64,000 bases of DNA from Octopus vulgaris (GCA_951406725.2 OX597826.1:5146001-5210000), one strand, 5' to 3'; positions 14,243-28,166 are shown, numbered from the stretch's first letter. Numbers and translations: made by a program. The notes: generated by a model not told the origin, from the letters alone.

Positions 14243-14572
14243 TCTTTTACTTGTTTCAATCATTAGACTTCGACCATGCTGGGGCACCGTCTTGAAGAAT
14301 TTTTCGTCAAATGAATCGATCCCGATACTTATCTTTTAAAGCCTGAAGGTATGTTACTATCGCTCTCTTTGTGCCGAACCGCTAAGTTACAGAGACGTAA
14401 ACACATTAACACCGATTCTCAATCACACACACACACACACATATGCACATACATATATATGACAGGCGTCTTTCAGTTTCCGCCATTCAAACCCACTCAC
14501 CAGAAAAAAAGAACTGGAACTGAATCCAGAACCATGTGGGTGGGATGCAAACTTCTTACCACACAGCCACGC
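14243..14572 (-). mobile_element. SINE family B, both halves, internal (CA)n
   Basis: cttttacttgtttca..ccatgctggggcaccg..gccgaaccgctaagttac..tttcagtttccg..cttaccacacagccacgc. Confidence 0.8.
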
Positions 14573-14717
14573 AACATTCTATAATTACAAATACATTTTA
14601 ATTACGGAGATTGAGACAAAATGACCTGATCTGAAAACAATTGCAGCGTGGAAGGTGTTTATAAGAGATTTAAGAAACACACAAATCCGTTCGATTCATT
14701 TCAACATTTAAATTTAA

Positions 14718-14768
14718 TTTGCCAAAATATTTTCGTCGCTTTGAGACCGCGACCTGTTCACTGACAAA
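14718..14768 (-). ncRNA. Type I hammerhead ribozyme fold with G3-C8 covariant core
   Basis: Minus strand tttgtca-GTGAACA-g-gtcgc-ggtctcaaa-gcgac-GAAA-atat-TT-tggcaaa; helices I, II and palindromic III all pair. Confidence 0.65.
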
Positions 14769-14869
14769 ATTCCGTGCTGCATCATTTAATTTAGTTTCCT
14801 GTCAGTTGTCTCGTTAACCAGGTCCTCTTTGTTTGGTTCTGAATAGTTTTTGTAGTTTCTCTTTCGATG

Positions 14870-15290
14870 CACGTATTATACATCTTCCTATCTTTGCTTT
14901 CGTCCTTTCGGAGTCGAAAAAGTAAGTACCAGTTGCGTACCGGGGTCGATCTAATCGTCTGGCCCCTTCTCCCAAAATTTCGGACCTTGTGCCTAGAGTA
15001 GAAAAGAATATTTTATGGCAGCGAGCTGGCAGAATCGTTTTATTGCGGGCAAAATGTTTAGCGGCATTTCGTCTGTCTTTACGTTCTGAGTTCAAAGTCC
15101 GCCGAGTTTGACTTTACCTTTCATCCTTTCGTTACACGTATTATACATCTTCATGACTTTGCCTTTCGTCCTTTCGGGGTCGAAAAATTAAGTACCAGTT
15201 GCGTACCGGGGTCGATCTAATCGCCCGGCCACCTCACCCCAAATTTCGGGCCTTGTGCCTAGAATAGAAAATATTATACGTCGTCCTGAC
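14870..15290 (+). mobile_element. Rearranged cluster of SINE family A pieces
   Basis: 3' half (14870-15012), head (15016-15130), and a repeated 3' half (15135-15275). Confidence 0.8.
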
Positions 15291-15775
15291 TGTGGCAGGA
15301 TACGTATATTCTAGCTATACCAGTGTTAGAGTAATATGTGTTGATGGCCTTGAGCCAGCTTTTGAAACAATTATGATTATTGCTGTTGTTAATTCTGCTT
15401 CTATTGTTACGATTAGTTTTTGTTGTTGTAGTAGTAGCACTAGTCGATTGTTTTTGTTTTTTCTTTGTTGTTATCTAGTATTACTATTCTTTACCTCTAT
15501 CGATTTATTAATGCCTTTATTGTTAAAGTTGACCTCAACAATTTACTCGATTTAAGTCACCCTCCACCACTCTTTTATGTTTCTATTCTTTTTTATTTCA
15601 CTTTTGAAATGTCTCCAAGGTTTTAAATACGTAGAACCAATGAATCAATAACCTACCCAAACTCCATCTTCTTCTTCATCATTACCGTTACTATTATTGT
15701 TGCTGCTATAAGCTATTATTATTGTTGATCTTGTTGTTATTATCATTACTACTACCACTACTACTAGTAGTAGTT

Positions 15776-15975
15776 AGGAGTCGAGCTGGCAGAATTGTTA
15801 AAACACGGGCAAAATGCTTAGTGGCATTTCATTCGTCTTTACGTTCTGAGTTCAAATTCCACCAAGGTCAACTTTTCTTTACATGCTTTCAGTAACAGTG
15901 AAACACGGTGGTCGATGTAATCGATTACTCCCCTCCCCCCAAATGTCAGGCCTTGTGCCTTTAGTTGAAAGGATT
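15776..15975 (+). mobile_element. SINE family A
   Basis: gagctggcagaattgtta..cgttctgagttcaaattcc..ggccttgtgcct..gaaaggatt. Confidence 0.85.
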
Positions 15976-16011
15976 ATTATTATTATTATTATCTATATTA
16001 TTATTATTATT

Positions 16012-16348
16012 GAGATAGTGAGAAAGCAGCACATGCGATCAACGTGCGCTAGGGTACAAATATATGAAGCCCAATATACCCATCATGACTACCCATCATC
16101 ACAAACATATGTACGCGCCATGAAGCCCTCATATCAAGACAACAGCGCATGACCTTGCAAGTTGAGCTCTGTTACAATTTTCTTCAGGCGGTTGTAGCCC
16201 ATGCCACTCATACGGTCCCTGAATAAGAGTTGTTTAACAGAATACCCATGTTTCCTAGGGTGAATTATTCAAACCCCACAGAATCCTTCTCAGCGCAAGG
16301 CTATGATGCTCTCCCAGTACTCCTTCTCGTGATAAGAGATGCACGCAT
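16012..16348 (-). mobile_element. Partial copy of the ~550-bp TAA-associated repeat
   Basis: Aligns by eye to 47428-47800; preceded by (TTA)n. Confidence 0.75.
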
Positions 16349-16669
16349 CAGTAAAGGTGAAGCAGTTGACAAGCTAATCTGTATCATTTCAATTACGTTA
16401 TTGTATTTCCTTCAAAGTCTTGGGTCCAAGTGTTGTAATAATCTGAAGTTATCATCAGCCCCGCAGTCATTTTGAATATGTTTACGAGGACTGCTGTGCC
16501 GAGGATTATTGCAGATAAGTTCCAGAAAGCCCTGGCCTAGAAGTCTTAACAGGATGGAGTGATTATCTGTTCGAAATTAACGCTACTGCTCCCGAAGTGC
16601 CGCTAGGTGGTACTGTACGAGAGGCACATATAGCGTAGTGCGCTTATGTGACGTCTCGTTGTTATTGCT

Positions 16670-16845
<176 letters not shown>

Positions 16846-16846
16846 G

Positions 16847-17030
16847 AAGGCGGTCAGCTGGCAGAATCTTTAGCTCGCTAGACAAATAGCATATCCGCAT
16901 TTCTTTCGCCATTCAGTTTTGAGTTCAAATTCCGCCGAAATTAACTTTGTATTTTAACGATTCGCGGTCGATAAACTAATTGGCAATTGGGCCAAAATTT
17001 CAGACTTTGTGTCTTTAATAGAAAGGATTA
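16847..17030 (+). mobile_element. SINE family A, internally deleted
   Basis: aggcggtcagctggcagaatc..gagttcaaattccgccg..gtcgataaa..caaaatttcagactttgtg. Confidence 0.75.
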
Positions 17031-17609
17031 TCCTTATAATTCTTGATTTGAATCATGCTTGTTCTTATTCCCGGCAGAATTTATGTGGGTAACTGGTTAC
17101 TACCAGTAGCCTTACATATCCACAAGCTTTATTATTACTGTTGTTGTAGGCGTTGACCTGATGTTTTTAGGCAATGAATCGGTTGAGAGTCGAACTGTCA
17201 CCTTCCTCTCGTAGAAACATAAGGATTTTTTAACTGGGCTGGGTATCATTGTTATTAGTGTTTTGGAGCTATTGAAGTCTGGCGCTTGTTGTCTTGTTAA
17301 CATGAATATAATCCGCATAATTTTCCTGTCAATGTCTTCTCCAGTCTTGTCACTAAGCATATTATCAGACTCACTCCGATCATTATCCTGATCATGGCTG
17401 TGACGACGAAAAAAGGTGATGGTGACGATGACAACGTTGATGATGCCAATGATGATGATGATGATGATGGTGGTGGTGAAAATCACATCGCCGCCGTCGC
17501 CACCGCTGCCCTCACCGACGCATCATCATCATTACTACAACCATCATCGTCACCATAATCATACTAGTAATAACCGATCATCTTGATTATGATCTTGATA
17601 ATCCTAATC

Positions 17610-17942
<333 letters not shown>

Positions 17943-18119
17943 GGTGCTGCTGCTGTTGCTGAAGATGATAATAAAGGTCGTTGTCGTTGTCATCATCTTC
18001 CTTACACCGCCTTTAATCACCGTTACGGTAACCAGAATAATCTTCAGCTAAACGTTATCAGAATGTTCTCTACTCTACATAATCCACTCCACCAGCACGA
18101 ATACCAGCATCACTACCGG

Positions 18120-18815
18120 TGCCACTATCATCATTATCATCATCATCATCATCATTGTAATCGTCATCATCATTATTCTCATCATCATCATCGTCATCAT
18201 CAACATCATCATCACCTTTATCATCAGGAACTGAGGCAAGTATCGAAGTAAAAAAAAAAATCAACTTCATCGCCTTCATCATTATCCTCCTCCTCCACCT
18301 CATCATCGTCATCATCATCGTCATCATCGTCATCATCATCATCACTTTTATCGTGATAGCATCAATATCACATCCAGTATTCAATTATCGTCAGGAGCCG
18401 AAGCAAGAATCGGAGTAACAAAAAATAATAATAATAATAATTAAAAAACTTAAATGAAAATCAACATCGTCACTTTCATCATCATCATCATCATCATCAT
18501 CGTCATCATCATCATCATCATCATCGTCATCATCATCATCATCATCATCATCGTCATCATCATCATCATCATCGTCATCATCATCATCATCATTATCATC
18601 ATCATCATCACCATCATCATCATCGTCATCGTCATCATCATTATCATCATCATCATCGTCATCTTCATTATCATCATCATCATTATCATCATCATCATCG
18701 TCATCGTCATCGTCATCATCATCGTCATCATATTTATCATCATCATCGTTATCGTCATCGTCATCGTCATCATCATCATCATCATATTCATCATCATTAC
18801 TATTATCGTCTTCAT
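18120..18815. repeat. (CAT)n/(CGT) degenerate trinucleotide arrays
   Basis: Directly visible; source of the poly-D/M/I/H ORFs. Confidence 0.95.
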
Positions 18816-19774
18816 CACGAGAAGAACAAGAAGAGCAACAGAAAACAGTTGCAATGAAGAGAAACATCGCTAAATAGTATGTGCGAAAATACGTCTGACA
18901 GAGGCAGCGTCCTATTTTAATCACCACTTTAACTCTCATTAAAATCAACAGCACCAAGATTAAAAAACAAAAAAAAATTGTAAACAAAACCAAAAAAAAA
19001 GGACCAAAAAGAAAATTTCATTATTTTGCCAATTCCTCGCAGTCATCCAACCTCGGACTAACAAGAGACACACCCTCTTGACACGCGAATTCTCAAATCT
19101 CTTCTCTGTCGTTCATTATTTCCTTCCCGACATACTGTGTCATTGATCCCTGTTATATACTCCTCAAGGAAATTATGCGTGACTTCCTGTTGTGTCGAAA
19201 CGCCTCTTCAACTAACTTCCGGTTTAGACTAAGGTGTCGAATTTCATTACACCTCTCTCTCGTTTTCTATCATTTTTACTCCTTATTTTTGCCTTCTTTG
19301 AATATTCTTCTCTTACGTCTGTCTTCCTCGGCGTCTCCTACTTCCTCAACCCAATGCATCGCACCTTTCTGTTAATTTCTATTGTTTCGTAGATTTTTAT
19401 AAGATGCTGCTGCCTCCTCCTCTTCCTCCTCCTCTTCCTCCTCCTCCTCCTCCTCCTACTACTACTACTACTACCACTATTACTACTACTACTAGCACCT
19501 TCTTTTTTAAATAATTTTCTATGCTAATTATAAAACAAGTTTCTTTTATATGAAACGAAATTATCTCCCTTTACATTTACGCTATTTGCATTTTTTCGCT
19601 TTACATGTTCACGACCGCCATTTATCACATTCACCATTATACAAACACACACAAATGCATAGATACAGACATGCACATACACACATATACGTACACACAC
19701 ACTTGTGTATATATATATATGTAAATACATATGTCCATATATGTGTATATATGTATGTATGTGTATATATATAT

Positions 19775-19980
19775 ATTCTTTTATTCTTTTATTTATTTCA
19801 GTCATTTGACTGCGGCCATGCTGGAGCACCGCCTTTAGTCAAGCAAATCGACCCCAGGACTTATTCTTTGTAAGCCTAGTATTTATTCTATCGGTCTCTC
19901 TTGCCGAACCGCTAAGTGACGCGGACGTAAACCCACCAGCATCAGTTCTCAAGCGTTGTTGGGGGGACAAACACAGACAC

Positions 19981-20016
<36 letters not shown>

Positions 20017-20167
20017 GACAGTCTTCTTTCAGTTTCCGTCCACCAAATCTACTCACAAGGCTTTGGTTGGCCTGAGGCTATAGAAGACACTTGTCCAAGG
20101 TGCCACGCAGTGAGACTAAATCTGGAACCATGTGGTTGGTAAGCAAGCTACTTACCACACAGCCACG
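19775..20167 (-). mobile_element. SINE family B, near full length, internal (TA)n
   Basis: Reverse complement of 46223-46805. Confidence 0.9.
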
Positions 20168-20299
20168 TGTAAGTGTGTGTGTGCGTGCGTTTGTATGTAT
20201 GTATGTATTCATATACATGTATCCCCGGCCGAACAATGTGTTGTGAGCCAGTTAAGTACAGAGAATCTATGCATAATCCCGTCGTATACATATGTATGT

Positions 20300-20495
20300 T
20301 TGCGTGTTTACGTCACTCACAGCTTGATAACCGATGTTGTTTTGTTTACCGTAAAATGCCGGTTCGGCGAAAGAGTCCGAAAGAGTAAGTAACAGACTTT
20401 AAAGAATACGTACGTGTGTCGCTATATATTCTTTCTTTCAATGAAAACTCTTCAAAGTGGTGCCAAGCATGGTCGCAGTCTAGTGACTGAAACAT
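20300..20495 (+). mobile_element. SINE family B 3' half, diverged
   Basis: gcttgataaccgatgttg..ggttcggcgaaagag..gcatggtcgcagtctagtgactgaaaca. Confidence 0.65.
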
Positions 20496-21392
20496 GATTT
20501 CTTGAACAAGTGACACATGTTTTGAGCAAGATTCTTCATTTTAATTTGCTGCTATCAATTCAATTGAATTACGAGTACCTGGCTATTTCTCGTGCAGCCC
20601 TCAGTTCTACCAGCTTTCACGGCAGTAATGGTTGTAGAGTCACAAAAGTGCCTGTGTATTCTCACAAATATACGTGCGAGAGACATCCATAGATTATTTC
20701 TAAGAACTACGTATTCTAATGAGGACATTTAGTTTCAGCCTTTTAGTTTTACAAGATAGTTGGTATGATATAGCGGACGTATGGCTGCAATATCATGTAG
20801 ATCGAGTGAACTTGTCAAGGGATTCTCGCCGGCTGATTATGTTACGATAGTACGTTTACTCGATACTCCCCTCATACTCTCCGTCTACTTATGATGTAAG
20901 TTCAAGTCTCCCCGAATCTAGTATTAGCTACCATCATTCCGTAGAGGACGGAAATAGTACCACTTAAGGGAGTTGGATTAGCAGGATTGTTAAAGAATTA
21001 GACCGAATATATTGCAATATATTTTCCCGTTTATGTTGGAACTATCGAATATATATCGATTATTCCACACTACTGGAGAAAACCGGTTGCTTTGAATGAT
21101 AAGACATACTGCAACGGTAATTACGGGTTGTGTGGAGAAAACATTAACCTGCGCTGGCTGTCTGTATCGGAGGATTCAAATCGTAGATGAATATATACAT
21201 GTATGTTCACACACACATGCCCCTAAACTATCTTTCATAGGCATCTGTCTATATATTATGTTATACTATATTATATATGTGATATATAATATATTATATT
21301 ATAATATATTATATTATACTATATTTTACGTGGTATTTTCCATCTACTATGTATTGTGAATAGCAGAATGCACACAATCTAATATTGGTATT

Positions 21393-21435
<43 letters not shown>

Positions 21436-21590
21436 GTTTTGGTAACGTAATGAATTTTATAGTTTGTATATGTACCCATTGATGTGGATATATATGTATA
21501 CTCCATTATATATATTTGATTATCTGTAACCTTATGTGTATATATATATATTATTATTATATATTATTATTATATATATTATTATATATA

Positions 21591-21665
<75 letters not shown>

Positions 21666-21731
21666 TTGTGTATATGTATTTTGTTTCATATTTATATTTG
21701 CATTTTTATATTTTTATAATTGTACTTTATA

Positions 21732-21858
21732 ATCTCTGACGAGGCCTTGAGATACATATATATAAGTAACTCATTTTTAACTGCATATTACCACAATACA
21801 TCTGACTAATATAGGAAGAATGAGATACCTTATCTACAGGCTGAAACAGCTGTAAGAT
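21732..21858 (+). ncRNA. Type I hammerhead ribozyme fold with extended helix II
   Basis: atct-CTGACGA-ggcct(tg)agata...tatct(ac)aggct-GAAA-cagctg-TA-agat. Confidence 0.65.
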
Positions 21859-22048
21859 CCATTTTATGTGTATTATTTTTATGGTATTATCTTACTTATT
21901 GATGTATATAGTTTTATTTTGTTGGATTTGGATGTTCCTATTGAAGTAGTTAATAAATAATATGAATTGGTGATATCTGTAAGTCGATGATTCAAATGAA
22001 TCTGTTCCTCCATTTTCTTATTCGTATTATATATATATATATATATAT

Positions 22049-22386
22049 CTTCGGGCCAACCAAAGCCTTGTGAGTGGATTTCGTAGACGGAAACTGAAAG
22101 AAGCCCGTCGTATATATGTATATATATATACTTATGTGTGTGAGTGTATGTATGTGTGTGTGTGTTTGTGTGTGTATGTGTGTGTGTGTGTGTATGTGTG
22201 TCTGTGTTTGTCCCCCCAACATCGCTTGACAACCGATGCTGGTGTGTTTACGTCCCCGTAAAATAGACCGATAGAATAAGTACTAGGCTTATAAAGAATA
22301 AGTCCTGGTGTCGATTTGCTCGACCAAAGGCAGTGCTCCAGCATGGCCGCAGTCAACTGACTGAAACAAGTAAAATAATAAAGAGT
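22049..22386 (+). mobile_element. SINE family B, 5'-truncated, internal (TA)/(TG)
   Basis: ccaaagccttgtgagtggattt..gacggaaactgaaagaagcccgtcg..tgtttgtccccccaacatcgcttgacaaccg..ctgaaacaagtaaaa. Confidence 0.9.
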
Positions 22387-22713
22387 GTATATATACTTCC
22401 ATATATATAATACATGCATTGATACATACACACAAACTCATACATACACACACGCGCGCGTGTGTATAAATAAACACGCAATTACATAAATCCCAAGCTT
22501 ACACACACACACACATATATATACATGTTATCACCAGTTATTATTTTATTCCAGGACAGCCAATGCATGCTCCACGAAGTCAGATCTTCTCCAAATCTCC
22601 AAGGATCAAGTGGTAACCGCCATAAAAATGACGATAGATTAAATCTAACACCTCGGAAGGTAGATCGATCGGAGCGGCAAATAACACCGGGATGAATCTA
22701 GTTTGAGCCTTTT

Positions 22714-22750
<37 letters not shown>

Positions 22751-23509
22751 GCGTGTGTGTGTAATGATAGTTGTCTTTTCTCTTACTTTCACTACTGAGT
22801 GACCCCATCGCCATCATTTAACAATCTGTTGCTATTCTTAAAGTTGCTTTAAAATAATGAATATAATTCAGATCACATGTTTGCGTGTGTTCGTGCTTGT
22901 GCATTTAACCTCAAGAAACAACGTACAAAAACTTATATTTATAGGGTTTTGTAGCCGTTGATGTTGCTTACACAATTTTGCACATATATGTTCACCTCTC
23001 TGCGCACCTAACGCAAGAATCAAATATGTATATATGAATTATATGTTATGTGAGGAGCCTTTCTTAAATTACGTCTTTGATGCTATTTATATTCCGAATA
23101 TCAACCTCTTTTCCTTGGATTTTTCTCTCCTTGCTAACATCTAATTTGACATTGTTGTTGTCCAAAAGCAACCCTAAATTAATATGAGGCGTAATATGAA
23201 AGCGTTTTTTTGACGAAAAGAATATTTTCGTAGATAGTTATTTTGTTTTTACATCTTTCTGAAGAAGATGAACAATTGTACGTCAAATATATATACGGAC
23301 TGCCATTAATATAATAGTCTTTTTTCTGTATTTGGGCGTGGTGGTCTGACTGATTTTACGAGTTTTTCCATAGGAATGAATGAAATATGTTATCCTCTGA
23401 AATTGTGGTAATTGGACCAAACAGAAAGTGATGTGATACATAGTCAGATATGGTCTACAGAAAGTTATAGTATAAAAACACACACACACACACATGCACA
23501 TATATACAT

Positions 23510-23718
23510 TCTAAAAATTAACTACATATGGATTGTCGGTGATTGTTTTCGTCTGTGGTCCTTTTCTTCTGGACTTTCCTCTGACTCCTGTTTTTGTAGA
23601 AGAGCCTTGCTCGAAACGCTAAACACCATTTCTTTCCTTCCCTAAGCGTCTTCTTAATACTTTAAAATGTACCACGTTTTCGCATCGTTGTTTTTCCTTG
23701 CCTTTTTGTCTCCGTTTT
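23510..23718 (+). mobile_element. Family H1 hammerhead-like element, degenerate
   Basis: gttt-TTGTAGA-a-gagc-ctt-gctc-GAAA-cgc-t-aaac; 'ccttccctaagcgtc..taatact' body. Confidence 0.6.
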
Positions 23719-23761
23719 ATACACACACATACACACAGCACACATATATATACACTTAGGC

Positions 23762-23812
<51 letters not shown>

Positions 23813-23851
23813 TATCTACCTACCTAACTTACCTACCTATATATATACATA

Positions 23852-24070
23852 TAAGGGTGGGTGTGATGAAACTTTCCTGGCTTTGGGTGCAAGAAAAGAG
23901 GAGGGTCAGTTAAATATGAGTTTATGCAACATATTCCCGTCTCAGATTCACGCATTTACTGCAGCAGTCCTTCAGATTTCCTAAGACTTGTAAAAATCTT
24001 GAAATGTTGGGCCTCCAGCAAGGCATATCTCGAGACCTTTAAAGCCAGGAACTTTTCAGCAACCCTTTGT
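23852..24070. mobile_element. Non-autonomous mariner (MITE-like) with TIRs
   Basis: agggt..tgaaactttcctggcttt / aaagccaggaacttttcagcaaccct inverted ends; minus strand encodes a transposase C-terminus-like ..CSKCVNLRREYVA*. Confidence 0.75.
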
Positions 24071-24077
24071 GTGTGTA

Positions 24078-24184
<107 letters not shown>

Positions 24185-24349
24185 GACAGTGAGTAGGTTA
24201 AACGAAAAAGTTCTTACGTTTGTGTTGTATATGTTGATAGAAAGCAGAAGGGTTCAAATATCCTTAAAGAAGATATCGGCTCATTAGGGCAGTTTCCCAA
24301 ATCCTGGGGCGTATATCTTTCGCCGACATCACTCCGTCCCAGTATTACT

Positions 24350-24492
24350 CACTTATGTCAACATGTAAAATGAAACATTGTGGAATGAAGTGTTATGTTC
24401 AAGAACAGAACGCATCATCCGGTTGAAGTATCGAAACTAAAATTCTAGCGATCGTAAATGCAACTCCCTAACCAGTAAGCCACGCACCTCCA
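24350..24492 (-). mobile_element. Degenerate tRNA-derived SINE head
   Basis: Reverse complement 'ggaggtgcgtggcttactggttaggg...gtttcgatac...tgttcttgaaca'. Confidence 0.55.
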
Positions 24493-24596
24493 CACGCATG
24501 TGTATGGTTTATATATATATATATATATATATGTACCTATATGTGTGTATGGTATTTATACTATCTGTCTGTCTCCCTGTCTGTCTCCCTGTCTCC

Positions 24597-24635
<39 letters not shown>

Positions 24636-24678
24636 TCCATCCATCCATCTATCTATCTATCCATCCATCCATCCATCC

Positions 24679-24739
<61 letters not shown>

Positions 24740-25374
24740 CCTATTTATCTATCCATCCATCCATCCACATACTCCGTATACTCTGAAGCGGGTTTGAATT
24801 GTGATTTATATTTTCTATTTAATCATTCGTGGCATCCACCTTCAGATCGACTGTAATCAGTAGCCTTTAACTACGAAAATTTTACCCAGGGTTACGGAGC
24901 ACCTGACATCAGTTGTGCATAATTTACAGTTCTCTTTTGTATAGTATATATTATATTTTATAACCCGAGTAAATATTTAGAATGTTCAATACACGCTTAT
25001 ATTCAATATCTATTTTTTGTTCGTTTACGTTTGCTGGTGTTATCTAACTTTTTTTTTCTTTTCATTTAAACAACATTCATTTAAGTTCCTTCTTGAAATG
25101 TTTTTAGTAACGATGTTTTAAAATTGTTTATTTTCTTAAGGGTTGTATATTAAATATGTAGATCTCGATACACACACACACACACACACACACACAGGGA
25201 AACACTGACAGACCCAGAGACTGACATGCACATATATAACTTAATGAAATGCTTTACGGCATATGTGGAATGTTTAAGTATCTCAGCACTTTCAAGTGCA
25301 AATACATATATATAGGCATTGACACGTATGTGTATGTTTGTATATATGTTTGTGTGTGCTTGAAACTATGCATG

Positions 25375-25419
<45 letters not shown>

Positions 25420-27680
25420 TTGTATGCTTGTGTGTATATTGGAAATTCAAGAGACTGATAGCTACACATACAAAGATAGTTAGAGAGCTGGATATTTTCT
25501 ATGTATTTTTTCCCCTAAAAAATGACAGACAAATAATGATATTTTAAGTTATCTGCTCTGGTACATATCTTAATACAAGTCACGTAAATGTCAGGTTTGT
25601 TTTCCTGCCTACGGTGTCGATATCATTGACACTAGTATTAGCACAAATTGAGTCAATCAACGAAATACAGTTTAGAAAAAAAATAATATGGCATCCTTAT
25701 TTGTGGGGGGAAAAAATCAAAGTAAGCTATTTCATTACTGTGTTTTCAGGGGCTTTTTTTTATATTTGTGTGTGTGGTTGTGTTGTTGTTGTTGGTGGTG
25801 CTGGTGTTGGTGGTCGTGCGGTGTCTTTCTTGTTTCTTGGCATTTGATTTAAGGAACAACGATGCTAATAACAGCTTGCGTAACAAACCAAAATAATATG
25901 ACATCAGTTTTGAGGACCCGGGAAACGTAGCACAAAGAAAAGTAAGAAGAAAAAAGCAAGTAAAAATAAAACCCGTAAAGACAACACAAAAAGAAAAGTG
26001 AAACGAAACTTCTTCAGATGAGAGCAAATTAACTGCGAAACGTGAATACGGACGGAAGAAACAGTAAAATCTTATTTAAAAAAATAAATATATACATGAA
26101 AACATAAATAAATAAATGCGATAGAAAGTATGAAAAATTCTCAACGAATGCTTGAAGGAAAATCAACTTCTTGAAGAAGCAATCAGCTAATCTGATGGAA
26201 TATTTTCAACCAGTATTCGCCTAACATTTCTCTCTCTTTTAAACTCTCATTACCTCCACATTCTCCATTTTATTCCGCGATTTCTCATCGCCTCCCACCA
26301 CCACAACGCAATGACCTCCTCAGCTTTCTTTTGTAATTATATTTGTTTCGCTCTATCTGTCTTCCCTCACTCGATTTATCTCCCTTTCTCTCTCTCTCTC
26401 TTTCTCTTCTCGATATCATTCTACGTATCACGTCTCTTTTTTTCCCCATTGCTTTATATGTTTGTTATATTTTTTTGTTTTTCTATTTGTCTTAACTTTT
26501 ATCTCTTTCTTTTTGTCCTTCTCTGTTTTTTTTTATTTTCTTTTTAATCATTCTTTCCAGAAGTTTTGAATTCTTCTTCTTCTTCTTCTTCTTCTTCTTC
26601 TTCTTCTTCTCCATTATAACCACCCACTCACTCATTTTTTCTTTCTATATCTCTTTAGTAAGTCAGCAGAATTTCCAGCGTCCATGTCCAGTGTTTCTTC
26701 ACGTGACGTTTTAAGACACTTTTAGATTTTTTAAAATTTTTTATTTCAAATCAGAACAACGATGATACAGTTTATTGTGGCCAAAGAAAGTAGTATAAAC
26801 GGTAAACTGGTATCGATTTAAGTGAGTTACTATCCAACAATTAGTGCCAAAACTACTGCCTTTCTTCCTACTCTGCTCAGGCATTGTCCTAAATATATAA
26901 ATTGTATTGACAAACTCATTTCTTATATACATTAATTTGCAGAAGGCAGCGGAATGGTAAAAGTCACATGTCATAGAAGAAATATTTCTTGGTCACCTAA
27001 AAATATTAGCTTTGCACAAAAAACAAAGAAACATTTCTAAATGATTCTCAGGTGTAAATTGAGCACCGCTTTGGAGGTCTAATTAAACAAGAACAGCCAT
27101 TGTTATCACAAAAGGAATGAAATTAGACTCATTTACCACTGCGTTCCACACACACACACACACACACAGACACACACACATACACAGACACACACACACA
27201 CAGACACACACACATACACACTCATGTACATCTAATTTATTAGAATTTCAGTTATCTGCCCACCTTCTCTGACTACAGTAAAATCCTTTATATAATGATT
27301 CGTTCTCATCGATAACAAAATATCGCATAAATTTAATTACAATCTTTCGAATTACTACCTGAAATATAATAGCCCTATCTCTATTATGATATCCTACATT
27401 TGTCACCAGTTTAAATGTTACCCTATTCTCGTTTGTAAAATATATATCTGGCTTCAATAATGGCCACCTGTTATTTACATTATTTCTTTTTCTCGGCCTT
27501 GAAATTTTCGTGGCTATATGCACTATACGTATACGCAGATCCTCGTTTCTCGATATAGAGGAAATATTCGGGCCAGGCGTTGGAAAGGTCAGTTTGCAAG
27601 AGCCGAAGTGTTGTAGGATGTTACTGTAGATGATGGTTTCGGAAGGTGTTGTTCAGGAAAGACAGAGGCGAAGTCAAGAT

Positions 27681-27838
27681 AGACGCACGTGTGGCTGCGT
27701 TTCCCAAGCTTGCTTCCCAATGACATAGTTCCCGGTTCAGTCCCACTGCGTGGCACCCTGGGTAAACGTCTTCTACTACAGCTTCAGGACGGCCAAAGCG
27801 TTGTGAGTGGATTTGTTAGACGGAAACGGAAAGAAGCC
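27681..27838 (+). mobile_element. SINE family B 5' half
   Basis: gtggctgcg..cttgcttcccaa..ggttcagtcccactgcgtggcacc..gacggaaacggaaagaagcc. Confidence 0.85.
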
Positions 27839-27849
27839 TAACATATATG

Positions 27850-27910
27850 TCAAATTGGCTGACGACTAGCATGATGCTTGAAACTCAAGAGTACCAACCA
27901 ACCAATTTGA
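27850..27910 (+). ncRNA. Type I hammerhead ribozyme fold
   Basis: tcaaattgg-CTGACGA-ct-agca-tga-tgct-t-GAAA-ctc-aa-gag-TA-ccaa(ccaa)ccaatttga. Confidence 0.65.
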
Positions 27911-27990
27911 ATCAAATATTTTGATCCATACATGTAACTCCCAATACATTGGTTTAGTGCTCTTCATTCGTATGTTCACTTGTTCGTATG

Positions 27991-28166
<176 letters not shown>

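Noticed and set aside
16400-16640. Minus-strand 'IILGTAVL' resembling an RLE C-terminus
   Set aside because: Too short and degenerate to call.
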